Position numbers and translations under genes: made by a program. The notes beneath the pieces are model-generated. The model ran no database searches and was not told the DNA's origin. It was given only the letters and a program-made list of their open reading frames with translations. From Lingula anatina (Eukaryota > Animalia > Brachiopoda), in assembly GCA_051362555.1 (NCBI GenBank), contig JBPQGU010000016.1, positions 2,170,001-2,234,000 on the forward strand: a DNA stretch of 64,000 nt, read 5' to 3'. Position 1 is the first letter of the stretch. Each line of letters begins with the position of its first letter. Below, piece after piece: positions 14,701-27,389 of this stretch.

Positions 14701-15392
14701 TTCAAAACGTAGGACCAACACTTTTTTACCATTATCGCACTAAGTCACAGGCCTTATCTTCTGTGGAGATGAAGTCGCATTTTTTTCTATCAGGTCGAAT
14801 TGTCAGTTAAATCAGGGCCATGAAGCGGTTATATACTATGAAGTATCTTAGCAAACGTATGTGTGGAATGTAGCAAAATCAAGTTACGTTACTGGAAGCC
14901 GGTCGAAGACATGGAGAAACTGCCATAGAAAAAGGCAAATATTCCCTGATATTTTGCAAATTACCTCATTTATAGCAAAACATACATGACATGAGTTCGT
15001 TGAAAAAAAACAAGCTGGGAAAGATACGCATCCAGTCCTGTTATACGTCTCTTTTTCAGGAATGATGATATACAGCAGTTCGCACGTTATAACCGCCTTA
15101 TCCAATGGTAATTTTTGCTTAAAATCAATACTGAATACAATGCAAGATATATACGATATATTTTGTGTCTTATTTTGGCTAATATTATATGTCCCCCTTT
15201 AATTAATGCATATGTCTTTTTTACGAACACTTAAACAACTTCTAAAAAGGTAATCAAGCAATATATATACGTAAAACGGCTAATAAAAGCATTTTCAAAT
15301 AAACATCCTGACGATCGGCATACCCAGAAGGTATGCCCGTGAAACTCGGGGTCGGGGTTATTGCATGTCTCTTGTTTATTTATTAATTTTAA

Positions 15393-15393
<1 letters not shown>

Positions 15394-15468
<75 letters not shown>
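15394..15468. repeat. (TA)n microsatellite
   Basis: Directly visible. Confidence 0.95.
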
Positions 15469-15470
<2 letters not shown>

Positions 15471-15489
15471 CGGAATAGGGGAACATTAC

Positions 15490-16179
15490 CGTTTCAGCAT
15501 CGGGAACTTTATACGGCACCGTTTCAACAGATTTTATCAGCTCTATCATCTCTTCTTGTTTCGTATCTCGGTCTTCCCGGTCACTGTTTTCTACACACCA
15601 TATTCGTTCGCCACATTCGTAATAAAGATTCAGAAATGGTTCTGGCGAATCGGTGATATATTCTCCGATGGAAGTGTATTCATGTTTTATGACATAAGCA
15701 AATGTAAAAAAATGATACTTTTCTTAGGGAAATTGTCTCCGAAAATCCCCCGTAACTGGTTTACTGCTTCTATTTGAGTATGTTTGATTCGGCCCATTTT
15801 AAACACAATCAATATAGAGTCCACTTGCTTCAGAGATCCAGCTTCCTTGTATATTCTGCGCAATATCTTATTGTCACTTTTGGACAGCGAGCCTAAACCA
15901 GGTGTGTCCATAAGATGGACAGTGCAAGAGCAAGGTTCGTTGAGCCTGAATTTCGTGTGTGCAATTTTGCCATCTTTTCCATTATACTCACGGTCATCGG
16001 ATAGTTTCTGTACAGTTTCAGATTTCCCTTGCCCCTTATAGCCAACGACTATTACGTTGTAGGTTTTAGTGGTCGCCCTGAAAAATGATTACACCATGAA
16101 TTATGAAAAACTGAACTATAAAAAAGCAGTAAAGAAAGTCAGAAAAATAAAATGAAAACCTTACTTACAGCAGAGACAT
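15490..16179 (-). pseudogene. AIG1/GIMAP-like GTPase gene 1 (spliced; 1-nt frameshift, either pseudogene or assembly error)
   Basis: Exon 1 at 16179-16169 (ATG TCT CTG CT|gtaagt). 91-nt intron ending tttttcag. Exon 2 at 16077-15490 reads ATTKTYNVIVVGYKGQGKS...LMDTPGLG...VDSILIVF. One extra T in the run at 15706-15712 restores IIFFTF...CGERIWCVENSD...YKVPDAET|gtaatg. Confidence 0.85.
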
Positions 16180-16320
16180 GCTTTTATTGGCAGAGATAAA
16201 GAAAATGATAAACAAGTCTGCTAGAAAGAGTTTGTCTGGTTTCAAATTAGGCTTTTTTATGATTTTCTCTCCGTCTCCTCCACGATTTTATGCTTTGTCT
16301 TCGTGACAATGAATATTTCA

Positions 16321-16357
<37 letters not shown>

Positions 16358-19300
16358 CAATATATATAATCAAGAATTCTAAAACACACCACATTAATGA
16401 TATTTAGACTAATGGTAAGGTATAAAGTATAGATGCAGTAATGACTATAGCCTTTTCTTGATAAATCGGCTTTAACGCTTTATTAATTTAACAGTTAAAC
16501 TGAAAGTATATTTATCCGTTTCTTTAGCCTCAAACAGAGTCCCCGTGCAACTTACTGTTTAATACCTACGTTTCATAAATGATTCACCATTACACGTGAA
16601 TATTTACTTACATTGCTGTTCCTATTCGGAGAGAACGGATGATCTAGCGAATGGCTATAAAAATCAAACTGCGCATGCACTGATAATTCGCGGGACCTTC
16701 ACAAAGGCGCATAATTTGACAATTGCAAGGGGAAATTGTAAACATGCATTATTTCATTATTTTGTTAATTACTTGCTGCTGGCACCTTCTTTTGATCTTC
16801 TTCTCTTTATATTGTATAGTTGCTATGTCCAAGTTGTTACTCGTACATGTATATGTATAAAACACGATGACTTCATTCAAGTTCAAACTGACATGAAACA
16901 AGGGGCAAACAGAGCGCTTCTTTTTCCCTTTTGCTTTAGGCAGCAAAATATTATAGTTGCAATGAGACGCTACCTGAGCTTTTGACCTCATAACAGCGTC
17001 ACTGAGCTCCTGACCTCATATATACGCCCACATAAGCGTGCACAGCACAGCCTCAAATGCTGCCAGTAAGGAAGTCTGCGTTACGTGTACCGAACACATA
17101 CTGAGCTAATTAACTATGTTCTGATAGTTCAAACAAGGTAAAGATTTAATATGTTCAAGTGAAAAAGTTACATTACACTCATCAGGGTTAATTTGTTATC
17201 AACAGATTTTGGAAGAAAGGGTAGGTGAGCTTGAATCCGAGCCACCCACACTGGATCAAATGCCACGCTGACTTGCAAATACGAGATGGATACAGCGTTA
17301 ATAACGTAAAAAAAACACATAATTGAAGGCACAGAAGAAAATAGTTTGGATTTTTCTAGACATCACCTCGCCATTTAGCCGGGCACTTAACCGGTCGCGA
17401 TTCTCAGTCCAGCGGCAGCGAGGGTTTTTTGAGGCTCAAGGCAAATTTTAATATACCTGGCAAATACGTAAGAAACAAGGCGGAGGCAAGAGCAAATGCT
17501 AGTTGAAAAGGAAATAGGGTGAACACAACAGAAGGTGACGTCACTACACTGCGCCCGTCTATTCGTCTGCAAACCGTGAGTTTTTATTTTCCTTTTATTT
17601 AATTAATTGGATGATATGTTTGTCTACTCGCCCCTTTATTTATTTTTATTAATTGACTGGTTAACTGATATAATTTTTATGCCAGAAAATACCAGCTCTG
17701 AAAAGGATAACCATCAAGGCTTTGTTAGCTGCATGCGTGCCTTCAACTTATGCTCGATGTACCCTGTCTGCTCCCATACCCTCTCCCAAAGTTATAACCT
17801 AGCTGACAGAATAAACTAAATATCCATCTTTATGACCTTGCGATACAGTTACATTTTGTTTATGTACTTTCTTAATATGTGTTACCATTGTGCCAACCAA
17901 AACCCAACACCTAGTACATCCAGTGTTTAAATTTTGTCCAATTGTATTGATGACTAAGTTGTCAGTGCTTTACAAAAGAACCGATGATTTTTGACAAAAT
18001 ATAATTTCGTAAACATTCTTTTTTTTATGTAAGTTGCCTACTTCACTTCAATTTTTCTCGCCAGCTCAAAGATTTCTCTGATATTTGAGCGGATTTAAAA
18101 GAAATGTAGTGTTTTATGTCCCCGTGAATTACACAGCGCCTGCACGGGGGAACCGATATGGCAAGAGGAGGGCGAGCCAAAGACGTCCATTCGTGTCCCT
18201 TTCGACCGACAAGCATCGCGTTTAAGTGTTCAACGTTACTTGAAAATTAATTAAAACGCAAATTAATCTAGACTTCAGATTTAGTAAGACAAAGAAATAT
18301 ATTATTAGAACTTAATTAAATCCCATTTAAGATGTGCGTAAAATCTGAGTAATTGCAGTTGGTATTTTCAACTTATACTATAAAAGCCGCTAAATGTCAT
18401 TTATTGTATTTTATTGTCAAGTTATTGTTTAAATATATTTTTTTAGATATATTATGTAAGACGCTATGAGAGTTCAATGGAGTGTACATGTACCTGAAGA
18501 AGAGGGGGAGGAAAAGAGAGGGAAAATTAAAATAAATAGCAAGTTACAGCTAGCGAGAAGATGGCAGGGAGGAAAATTTGAAAAAAATTCAAATCCATTA
18601 ACTCCCTCCATAAGCACACACACTGAACTTTTATTCGTGTACATAATCTCTTAAGAATGGTTAAATCGCATTATTCATCTCTGATCATTTATATGCCATT
18701 AGCTGAAACGAATATAAACACTGCCTGGAATGAATATTTGAGTAACTCGAACAAATTTCTGGCCCAGGCTTTTCCCAGTGAATCATAGTTCACAATGCAT
18801 GCAGGTACTGGACACCTGACAAAATTTGTTGAGAAAACACAGAGGAAAACGCCGCAATTTTTATTTTCAATTCTGTTACATGATTTTTTTTTTTTTTTTT
18901 TTTGAAGTATTAATAAAAAAGAAAATAAAGTAATTGGACAGTGCATATTACTAGAATCGTTAATGCAGAAACGTGAAAGTGATACAAAGCAGATAAATAC
19001 TGAAATTTATTGAAAGATCCATAGATTAAAGGCACTTCCATCTCATAAGGATTACAGAAAGCCAGTCTTCTTGTTTATCAAAGACACTGTTTATCAAAGA
19101 CATCACTTACTATACTATATATAGTATTAATTATTCTCTGGACCTACTAGTAAGTAATAAGCCAGTTGTAAAAAATAAAGAAGTATTGGCTTTTCTTTAT
19201 TGGAAAACACTAAATAATTACCTTCTGCATGCATTGTAAAACTGGTAAATATTCAAGACATTTAGTCCATTTTTGCTATAGTTTCAACAGGGCTAGGTAT

Positions 19301-19969
19301 GTTGCAAACATTTACAAAAACTGAAACAGCACCATTGAGCATTGGTCGGTAACGTCCCTATACTTCCCCGCACCGATACACTGTAAAAACACTGTTTAGC
19401 TCCTAAACACATTTCTAAGCGTCTCACTTTTTTTGCAACGCGCTTAGCTCCTTAGTACGTTTAGTTCCGAAACATGTTACACGCTTTTAGCCTGAGTGTA
19501 TTTAGTAGTACGACGCATGTAACAAGTTCAGATGTCCACCTTTTAGGTGTTAGCTGACCTTGCAAGGTAGTTTATAATAATGTTTTTCTGAAAAGCAAGT
19601 TTGGAAAATTCAATAGTTCACTTAAGACACGAAATAATTATCACTGCTTCTTAAAAACACCTTTTCCATATTTTGATAAAGTTTGTTAGGGTATTGATGT
19701 CTATTTTTCTATTTTATCTTTTCCGGAAATAATGAACAATAAAACATCTAGAGATGGTGGATTATTCATTATAAAAATAAATAATATTAATAATTTATTG
19801 AACACAGAGATGATTTCAAAGGTTCTCTAACTACTATATATATTGGAAAATAATAATAATATTAAATAAATTGAAAAAAGAATCGCACATATTTGATGTT
19901 ATACAATATACATTCTAAGTGGAATGGATGAAAACCTTAGCGTATTTCTAATTAATTGCGTTTTTTTTA

Positions 19970-20300
19970 AATCGCCTCCAACAAGGAGGTTATGTTTTCA
20001 CCCCTGTTTGTTTGTTTGTTTGTTTGTTTGTTTGTTTGTCATCAACATAACTCAAAAAGTAACGGAAAAATTTCGATGGAATTTTCAAGGTAGGTCAGAA
20101 CTTAGAAGAGATTAGTTTTTGGTGGTGATCTGGATCAATAATCAGTCAATAATCAATAATAAAAAAAACTAAGTTATGGACCGATTTTGATGAAATTTTA
20201 TGTAACTACCAGAAGTGGGCTAAGGAACAGGGGTGATCCGGTTCAATAATCAATAAATAATAAAAAATCAAAAATGTCAAAGCTCAAAGCTTCACTGGTT
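19970..20300 (+). mobile_element. Helentron-type non-autonomous element (HINE/DINE-like), partial
   Basis: CCTCC.CAAGGAGGTTATGTTTTCACCCCTG followed by (TTTG)n and ATCAACATAACTCAAAAAGT. Homologous to 27885-28376. Confidence 0.65.
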
Positions 20301-20554
20301 CTAATTTCGGATAAATCATAATATCCTTACCACTAATTCACTGCTTGTCAAATATCAAATGGTCGACAACAGTATATGTTCCCTTTGAAAAGGAACTGAA
20401 GAAACAACAGAGTATTTATTCTGGTATTGTGCGGTTACCCAAAAATTACTGACCAATTTGGTAGAATATATATTATTTAATACCCAATTTACTCTACATG
20501 TCTCAAAAAGGAATTATTAATCTCATTATGTTGCAATTAAGATTTTATATTTAT

Positions 20555-20556
<2 letters not shown>

Positions 20557-20605
<49 letters not shown>

Positions 20606-23600
20606 TGTATTTATTTGGAACTTAAAAAGTTGGATTTTATAATAAAAACAAATAGTGGTGAGATGCAAAAATGTACCTGTAAGTGTTTAAATGATTCGAT
20701 ACACATTAAAAGTTCATAGAAACCTCAGTTCTTAAAATTGATAAAGCCCATGGGATAAAGGTTTTTGACGATCGTACAGTCCCCAATTTTGACACAGTGT
20801 ACTTATAAACCAGGCGTAAATAGTCTAAAAGTGTAGGGACTTTCATTTATCTCTGGTAGCAAATGATGGATTTTATGTCCTTCAGAGTACATGTTATTTT
20901 TTTTATTTTTTTTTTTTTTTACAAAATTCACATATGTGAACTTCCCAGCTCAAATCACTACTGATCCTAACCCCTAAGAAGACAGCAGACCCCACTCTCT
21001 CAACTCTTTGATTATCTACTAGTAAGGGTGTATTTTTGTGTCCTTTATTGGAGAAATTAAATATGATCTCTTTAGTCTTGGTAGTATTTATTGTTAGTTT
21101 ATTAGCATGGGACCAGAGAATTAGTTCTGTTGTTGCATCAGGGAGATTGTCCTGCAGTTTGGTATTCCCGTAGCTTAGAATCGTGGTGTCATCTACATAT
21201 TTGAATGTGTCACATTTGGTGCTCAGATCTTTAATCATAAGGACAAATAAAACTGGACCAAGTTTTGTGCCTTGTGTTTCACCTGCATTAATGTGTTGCT
21301 AGTCTGATTTCACACTGCCTATCTTCACACTTTGTTTCCTCTCAGCTAGGAAGCTGTAAATCCAGTTTGAAATAATTCCTGGAAAACCTAATTCAGACAG
21401 TTTTTGATAAAGCAGGGCGTGGCCTATTCTATTCTATAGAATGCTTTAGTATAATCGACCAAAAACATTCTGGCATATTGTCCTAGAGTGTCAGTGTGCC
21501 TTGCAATACGGTCAAAAGCTTCTCTCAGTGCGTATGTCGTACAGCTCTCTTTTATGCTGCCGAACTGCATAAGGTCAAACTCATTGGTCACAATGTTACA
21601 AATCCATTTAACAATAAAACCCTCCAATAACTTAGAGAGCACCGCGGTGTCATGTACCAGAAGGTCCCCCATGACAGAAAGTACTAGGACCCCTGGTTTC
21701 TAAAATAACGGGTCTCGGACTCTGTACCATGGTAATTGGGTATAATATACAGGGTCCCCCGAACCCGGCATTTTACCGGACCCTACGTTGTTATGACAAC
21801 TATCACGAAACACCGAGTCCGCCCGTCATACAGAAAAACTGTATATCGCACAGGGTCGGAAAACTAGGGTCCTACTGTAGAACAGTAGATATTTAGTAAA
21901 AGCGCTTTATATTCACAATCTGGGCATAAAAGTATTATAATAAAGCAAACCTTTGATGCAAGTAAATATAATATAACAAACGGCGGTGGTTTGCACAGCG
22001 GCCTGGTGGTGTATTGGAGAGGGACACGGACGAAGAGCTTACTATTGAATGAAAATGACAGCCTACCAGACATTGGTTCGAGTCACACAATGGATTTGAA
22101 TTTCGTGTACCTACCATTTCTCATTCTTATTTTTCACTTATACTTAACTTAAAAGTAAAATGTTTAACTTATCGTAAACTCATTGTGTACCATGCCGCAG
22201 CAAAAATGTTTAAGACACACTGTTCATTACATTTCATGTTTTTTTTATTGGAGGTTTTTTACAGATATTGTATTGCCTTGTGATCGTTTGGACTAGGCCC
22301 ACCTATACGCGTGACTTATTTAACTATACCACTATAAATATGTGTAAGCTAGTCATACACAATGCAGCGATGCTTAGCTGTGCAAGACGTTTCTTTTCTT
22401 TAAACTATACGCGTGACTTACAATGACTACCACTCAAATGTGTGACAGCTTGCGTTATGCAGTGCATCAGTGTTAAGCTGTGCAAAATATGTTTTCTTTA
22501 AACGGACGGAATTCATTTATTATTAAAGTGTCATTGAATATATACTCATTTAATTTTGTTTTACAGTTTAAATAACTTATATATAAATTAAGTAAATGAC
22601 CTGTATATAAATGAATCAACCCAAAAGGAATGTGTTTCATGGTTCTCAAGGTATAAAATGGCTAGCTGCTCACGATGCCCTACACCGTCACCATAGATTT
22701 TCAAGCAATACGGCTTTATAAACAACATGGAGGGTGTACCATGAAAATTTGACTCCCCTAAGAGGTGATTCCCCATAATGAAAATCTGACTCCCCAGTCA
22801 AAGTTTCATGATGAAAATCAGACTACCCCAAGATAAATTTTGACCCCACCCCCACAAAACTCAAAAATTGTTATTTTATTTGAGTATAAGACTTTCATTT
22901 TGAAGTATGCATAATGGAGGGTATATTGACACTTTGTTAGTTTGCAGGTGCAATTTTTCATGAAAACAAAATTTTAGATACGTATTTTACCACCCAATGA
23001 CTCCCCTATGAAAAAGCTTTTCATTTGATATGTGGTGATCATTTCAACATATTTCCTTTTAGTATACTTTATGAATAATATATTGGAAATATTTGAAAGT
23101 TTGATGTTGAAATATTTGGATGGAAAGAATCAGGAGAAATATTCATTTTCATTCGAAACCAAGGGGAGTCAAAATCCCACGGGCACAAGAATGCAAAGTT
23201 ATTACCCTTTTTTCATTAAATTATCCCCACTTTTCATTTAGTTTTTAGGGTCCTAGGACTTTCCGTACTAAAATAGAGTGTCTAGGGGGACTCTACATTT
23301 CAGGACTTAAAGTCCGAGACCCGTTATTTCGAGACAGGGAGTCCGCCGGACTCTCAGATTTTAAAACACCGGGTCCGCCGGACCCTAGAGTGGTAGGACT
23401 CTGTGTTGCTTGACACCAGAGTTAGAGATATGGGTCTAATGTCTGTCTCTATGGTCTTTGGAGGAATGCACTTAGGTTGTGGTGACACATATGCATGTTT
23501 CCAGCGTGGTGGGACATATCCTTCACGAACTGAAGAGTTGAATATATCACGTACTGGGGCAGCTAGGTACCCTGCTAGGTCATGGAGGATCCAGTTGGGA

Positions 23601-23760
23601 ATTTCGTCGGGACCTGTGGACTGTGTACATTTACTTGGAGCAAGGTTTTTCGACATCTTGTTTTGAAATGATATATGTGCCTGGTAAAGGATCTGCTGCT
23701 TCCACATGTTTCGGTTCAAGAGGCACAAAGTAATTTGTGACAGACTGTATAAAACCGTTT
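20557..23760 (-). mobile_element. 5'-truncated CR1/L2-group LINE, split by an insertion at 21648-23415
   Basis: RT motifs GPDEIPNW, RPISLT, DYTKAF, QGTKLGP and KYVDDT. (ATT)n tail at 20557-20602. Confidence 0.88.
21648..23415. mobile_element. Ginger1-like TIR element (TGT...ACA, decayed CCGG target duplication) containing the 22735-23245 element
   Basis: Termini TGTCATG ... CTTGACA with flanks ccgcgg / ccag. Excision leaving CCGG restores the LINE peptide RPISLTPVLSK. Confidence 0.6.
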
Positions 23761-24049
23761 ATTTTCTGGGCTAATAAGCTGAAATCACCATATTGCACTC
23801 ACTGACGTTTCAAATTTAAGACGGTGTTCACAGAGTAAACCAACATTAGAAGGCTTGACCTCATCGCTTAGAAATCTGGTGAAAACAGATAAGTCACTCT
23901 GTCAGTACACTTCAAATATAATAAAGTTATTTTCAATTTGAATATTTAGCATGCGACGATGTAATTAATTGAAAAAGTGTCATAGTACAACAACTCTTAT
24001 GTGTGAGTGTGTGAGCGAGTGATTTTCCCTTGTTTGTTTTTGTATTGTC

Positions 24050-24403
24050 ATGTATTCGTGATGTATTGTGTCAATTAAAAAAATCATTATAAAACGAAAA
24101 ATTAGGGGTGAAACGGCATTGGATGGAGACTTTGCTGCCTTGTTTTCCTTACATAAATTCCTACTGCAGTTGGATTTAAAATTTATGTCAAGCTGTCTAG
24201 CCTTCTCTGTTAGATCCTGCAATTTTACCTCTGGTATGCGTTCAAACAGTATTTTTCTTTCAATTTCGTGGCGAGCGCATGCCAGGTAAAAATAATTTCA
24301 TCTTCCACCTTGTCACAGTGGGGGCATTTTCGGTCAGAAATTTGTGTTTTTGATTTTGTATGTCGCCCTCTTTCAATTTCTAGATGGTGGTCACTTATAA
24401 TAG
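24050..24403 (-). mobile_element. LINE ORF2 C-terminal fragment
   Basis: ISDHHLEIERGRH...RKCPHCDKVEDE is the same C-terminal Cys/His motif as in the LINE at 47340-47450. Confidence 0.7.
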
Positions 24404-24405
24404 TA

Positions 24406-25246
24406 CAGACTTGACATTTAATAAGGAATATTTCAGTTTCGAAAGTAGGCTTAGATAAAAATGCGTTCTTTTTTCAACAAATTCCGATTTCATATAAGAT
24501 ATGTGAGTGGAGAAGTGTGTAGTCAGGTGTGTCGCTACCAATTAACTGAATACCAGGTTTGTTGCGCTGCTGCATTATGTAATATGCAGTGATTTAATTG
24601 GTCAGTGCTCCTTTGAGCAGGTTAAAGCTTGGCTTTGACAAAGCATGGTAATGTCAAAAAAGTATCCATATGTCGGCAACTACTGCATAGAATAACTTGA
24701 TATTTTGCATGCAAGAGGTCGGTTTTGCAGTGTGTAAAATGAACTATGTACATCGTAGTGCTTTACAAATGTGTTAATCTGTGGCAGAATGGCGCGAAAA
24801 AGACAGGCATTGTGAGACAGATAATTGCGCCGAACGAAACGGTCCGCACGGTTTTATAGAGTAATGCCCAGACTGATGTACCTACACAGACGCCACACCC
24901 AATGTATTGAAATCTTACCACCAGAGTATAGGACCCACTGTCTTTCGGGATATGCTGTTGCAACCAAACAAAAAGCACCCAGTCCGTTCAGAATAGGGGT
25001 AAATTGCCACCAAAACTAGATACAAAATATATCTTTTAATGGTTGTCGTACGACATAGAATAGGCAATGTGTTTTTGTTTGCTTCTCTGGCGAATTCAAT
25101 TAATGAACTGATGTCACGATCAAAGAGATAATTAAAAGTTATTAAAACACGATTTTAATCCTCATTTCCATTAATCAGTCAGCAAAATAGGAAAAAAATG
25201 ATGAAAACTGATTTGGAAAAATATTCCATATTAAATGTCAAGTTTG
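24406..25246 (+). mobile_element. Internally deleted copy of the Tc1 element at 440-2093, inverted
   Basis: Same TIRs (CAGACTTGACATTTAAT... / ...TTAAATGTCAAGTTTG) with TA on both flanks. The interior is colinear with 1490-2093 and 440-660. Confidence 0.9.
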
Positions 25247-25364
25247 TATTTTTAGGCTTTCATCGTATGCTGGTTATTTTGGTAACAATAGTCCGAATAT
25301 TTAACAATTCGCACCGCTCTAATTGCTGACTAACCCCCAAGCCCAATAGGAGTTAACTGCTAAA

Positions 25365-25560
25365 TGTAGTTCAAACAGCGAAGGTAGTGTTTTGGTTATT
25401 TATAAGAAGGGTTTTCTAAACATTATATAATGTTTTTCCAGAATGTTATAAAACGCTGATAAAACTCCACAAAATAACGTTATCATAAAGTTTTGTAGAT
25501 ACTGTCTTCGAATCTTTCTACAAAACGTTCTGATGTTACTATAATGTTTTTTGTTAGCTG
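25365..25560. repeat. Dispersed repeat, inverted copy at ~41590-41790
   Basis: TTTGTAGAAAGATTCGAAGAC...TTATGATAACGTTATTTTGTGGAG is shared in opposite orientation. Confidence 0.8.
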
Positions 25561-26056
25561 TGACAACACTGTGCATAGAGTGAAAAGCCAAGTGCTTAGC
25601 CAAGTTGCTTAGCCTTGTGATAGACTTATAACAGAATCATATACCGGGGAAGCTAAGCACATAGCTAAACGTTTAACACTGTCAAACGTGTCTAGCATTT
25701 TCTTTTGTGAGCAGCTTGAAAAGCTATACGTGTTTAGCTTTTACACATATTTCTAAATGCGTTTAGGTGCTAAACGTGCGTTTTATGTGTTTAAATACTA
25801 AACACTGTTTATACAGTGTAAGTGAGTCGGTCATATATTTAGTTTGCGAATCAACTTGTTCTGAATGCGCTCAAAGTCTCTTTTTCAGCGGATATATATA
25901 TATATTTTTTTTTTTGTTATATTGGTTAAATTGATGTAGTCTGTTAAATTAAGTGTACAAATAATTGAAGTAAAGAATGACTGAAAAGAAAAAAGGCCAG
26001 GAATAAGAAATGATAAACAAGGCAGCATGAAAGAAAGAGTTAATACGGGTAGATAT

Positions 26057-26094
<38 letters not shown>

Positions 26095-27389
26095 AGAATA
26101 ATAATAACAATGATAATAATGAAAACGATAATAATTATATAAGTAATAATAAGAAGAAGAAGAATTCGTGTAGTATATTTCTATAATTATTATTTATTTT
26201 ATTATTCAAAATTATATAATAAAAATATTCTAAAACATACCAACTAAAATGAAAAGTGAACGATGGTGATTTCTTCAGACAATTGCCAAGACAGACAATG
26301 CGGTAATGAGCATAGCCTGTATTAGTTATAGAATGCCATAATCTTGATAACCATTGTCTGAAATCGAGCGCAGTTAACATTAACGTTTTCCTTGAACGGC
26401 TGAATCGAAACTACTTATCCTTTTCTTTCGCCTAACACTAACTCCACGCAAGTATTTGTAATTACATAGCTATTCCCGTTTGTGAGAGTACCGATGCTCT
26501 ATCGAAGCCTTCCAACCGGTGATCTGTGCTTTGAAGGGTTGGGGGGGGGGGGGCAAATGACTGTGCAAGCAAGTAACGAACTGGGCATGCTACAGGGGCC
26601 TTCAATAGACACATCATTTGACGATTGCAAAAGGAAATCATTATTAGTAACGTTCAGAACGGCTTGTGCATCTAGCTTTGAAAAGCTTAATTAAACTATT
26701 TGATTTAATTAAATTATTAAAATAGAAGACATAAAAAACGATAGTTAAATTTCAGTTATTTTATTTCTTATATTTTATTATTTTATTATTTTTCCGCTTT
26801 CATTCCCTTCTTTAGACCTTCTCGTCGTTACAGTTGTATTGTCTAATCTGGTTTTACTGTATTATATTAAACAGATGACAACATATAATTTTAAGATAAT
26901 TTCACATATATTTCATAATCTGTTCAATTTATTGATGGTATATGACTTACGTTTATACAGCGTTAGAGAATAGAATCAAGGGGTCCGCTGTCGCTTTGCT
27001 ACATCTCTCATAAGTACAACCTTTCTTATTTAATTTTGTTTTAGCCAACAAAAAAGGCATTGTTGCTGTGAGACGCTCCCTTAATCCTTGACCTTCCCTG
27101 CGTTACGTATAGGAATTTACTTATCAGCAGCACGAAGTAGCACGAGTGCATATACTTGCACAGCGTACAACCAGTTCTGCTGTCAGGGAGGAGGTCTTCG
27201 TCACCAAATACATATTAAGCTCATAAACTGCACTCTTATAGCCTAAACAAGGTAAACGATTTAATAAGATCTGTAACTAAGGTCATCAGGGTGTTATCAA
27301 AATACATTGGAAGGAAGGACAGAGTAGCATTTTAATCTGTCTGTTTACTACAACTCTATCCCCTGGAGATTTTATTGAAGACAGTATAT

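Larger units (their letters stand above)
19379..25818. mobile_element. CACTG-ended TIR element (CACTA/EnSpm-like) hosting nested HINE, LINE, Ginger-like and Tc1 insertions
   Basis: Termini TA|CACTGTAAAAACACTGTTTAG ... CTAAACACTGTTTATACAGTG|TA. The left part (19380-19740) recurs inverted at ~44700-45190. Confidence 0.55.

Noticed and set aside
15361-15777. 138-aa plus-strand ORF
   Set aside because: It is the antisense shadow of gene 1 plus a (TA)n microsatellite (IYIY run).
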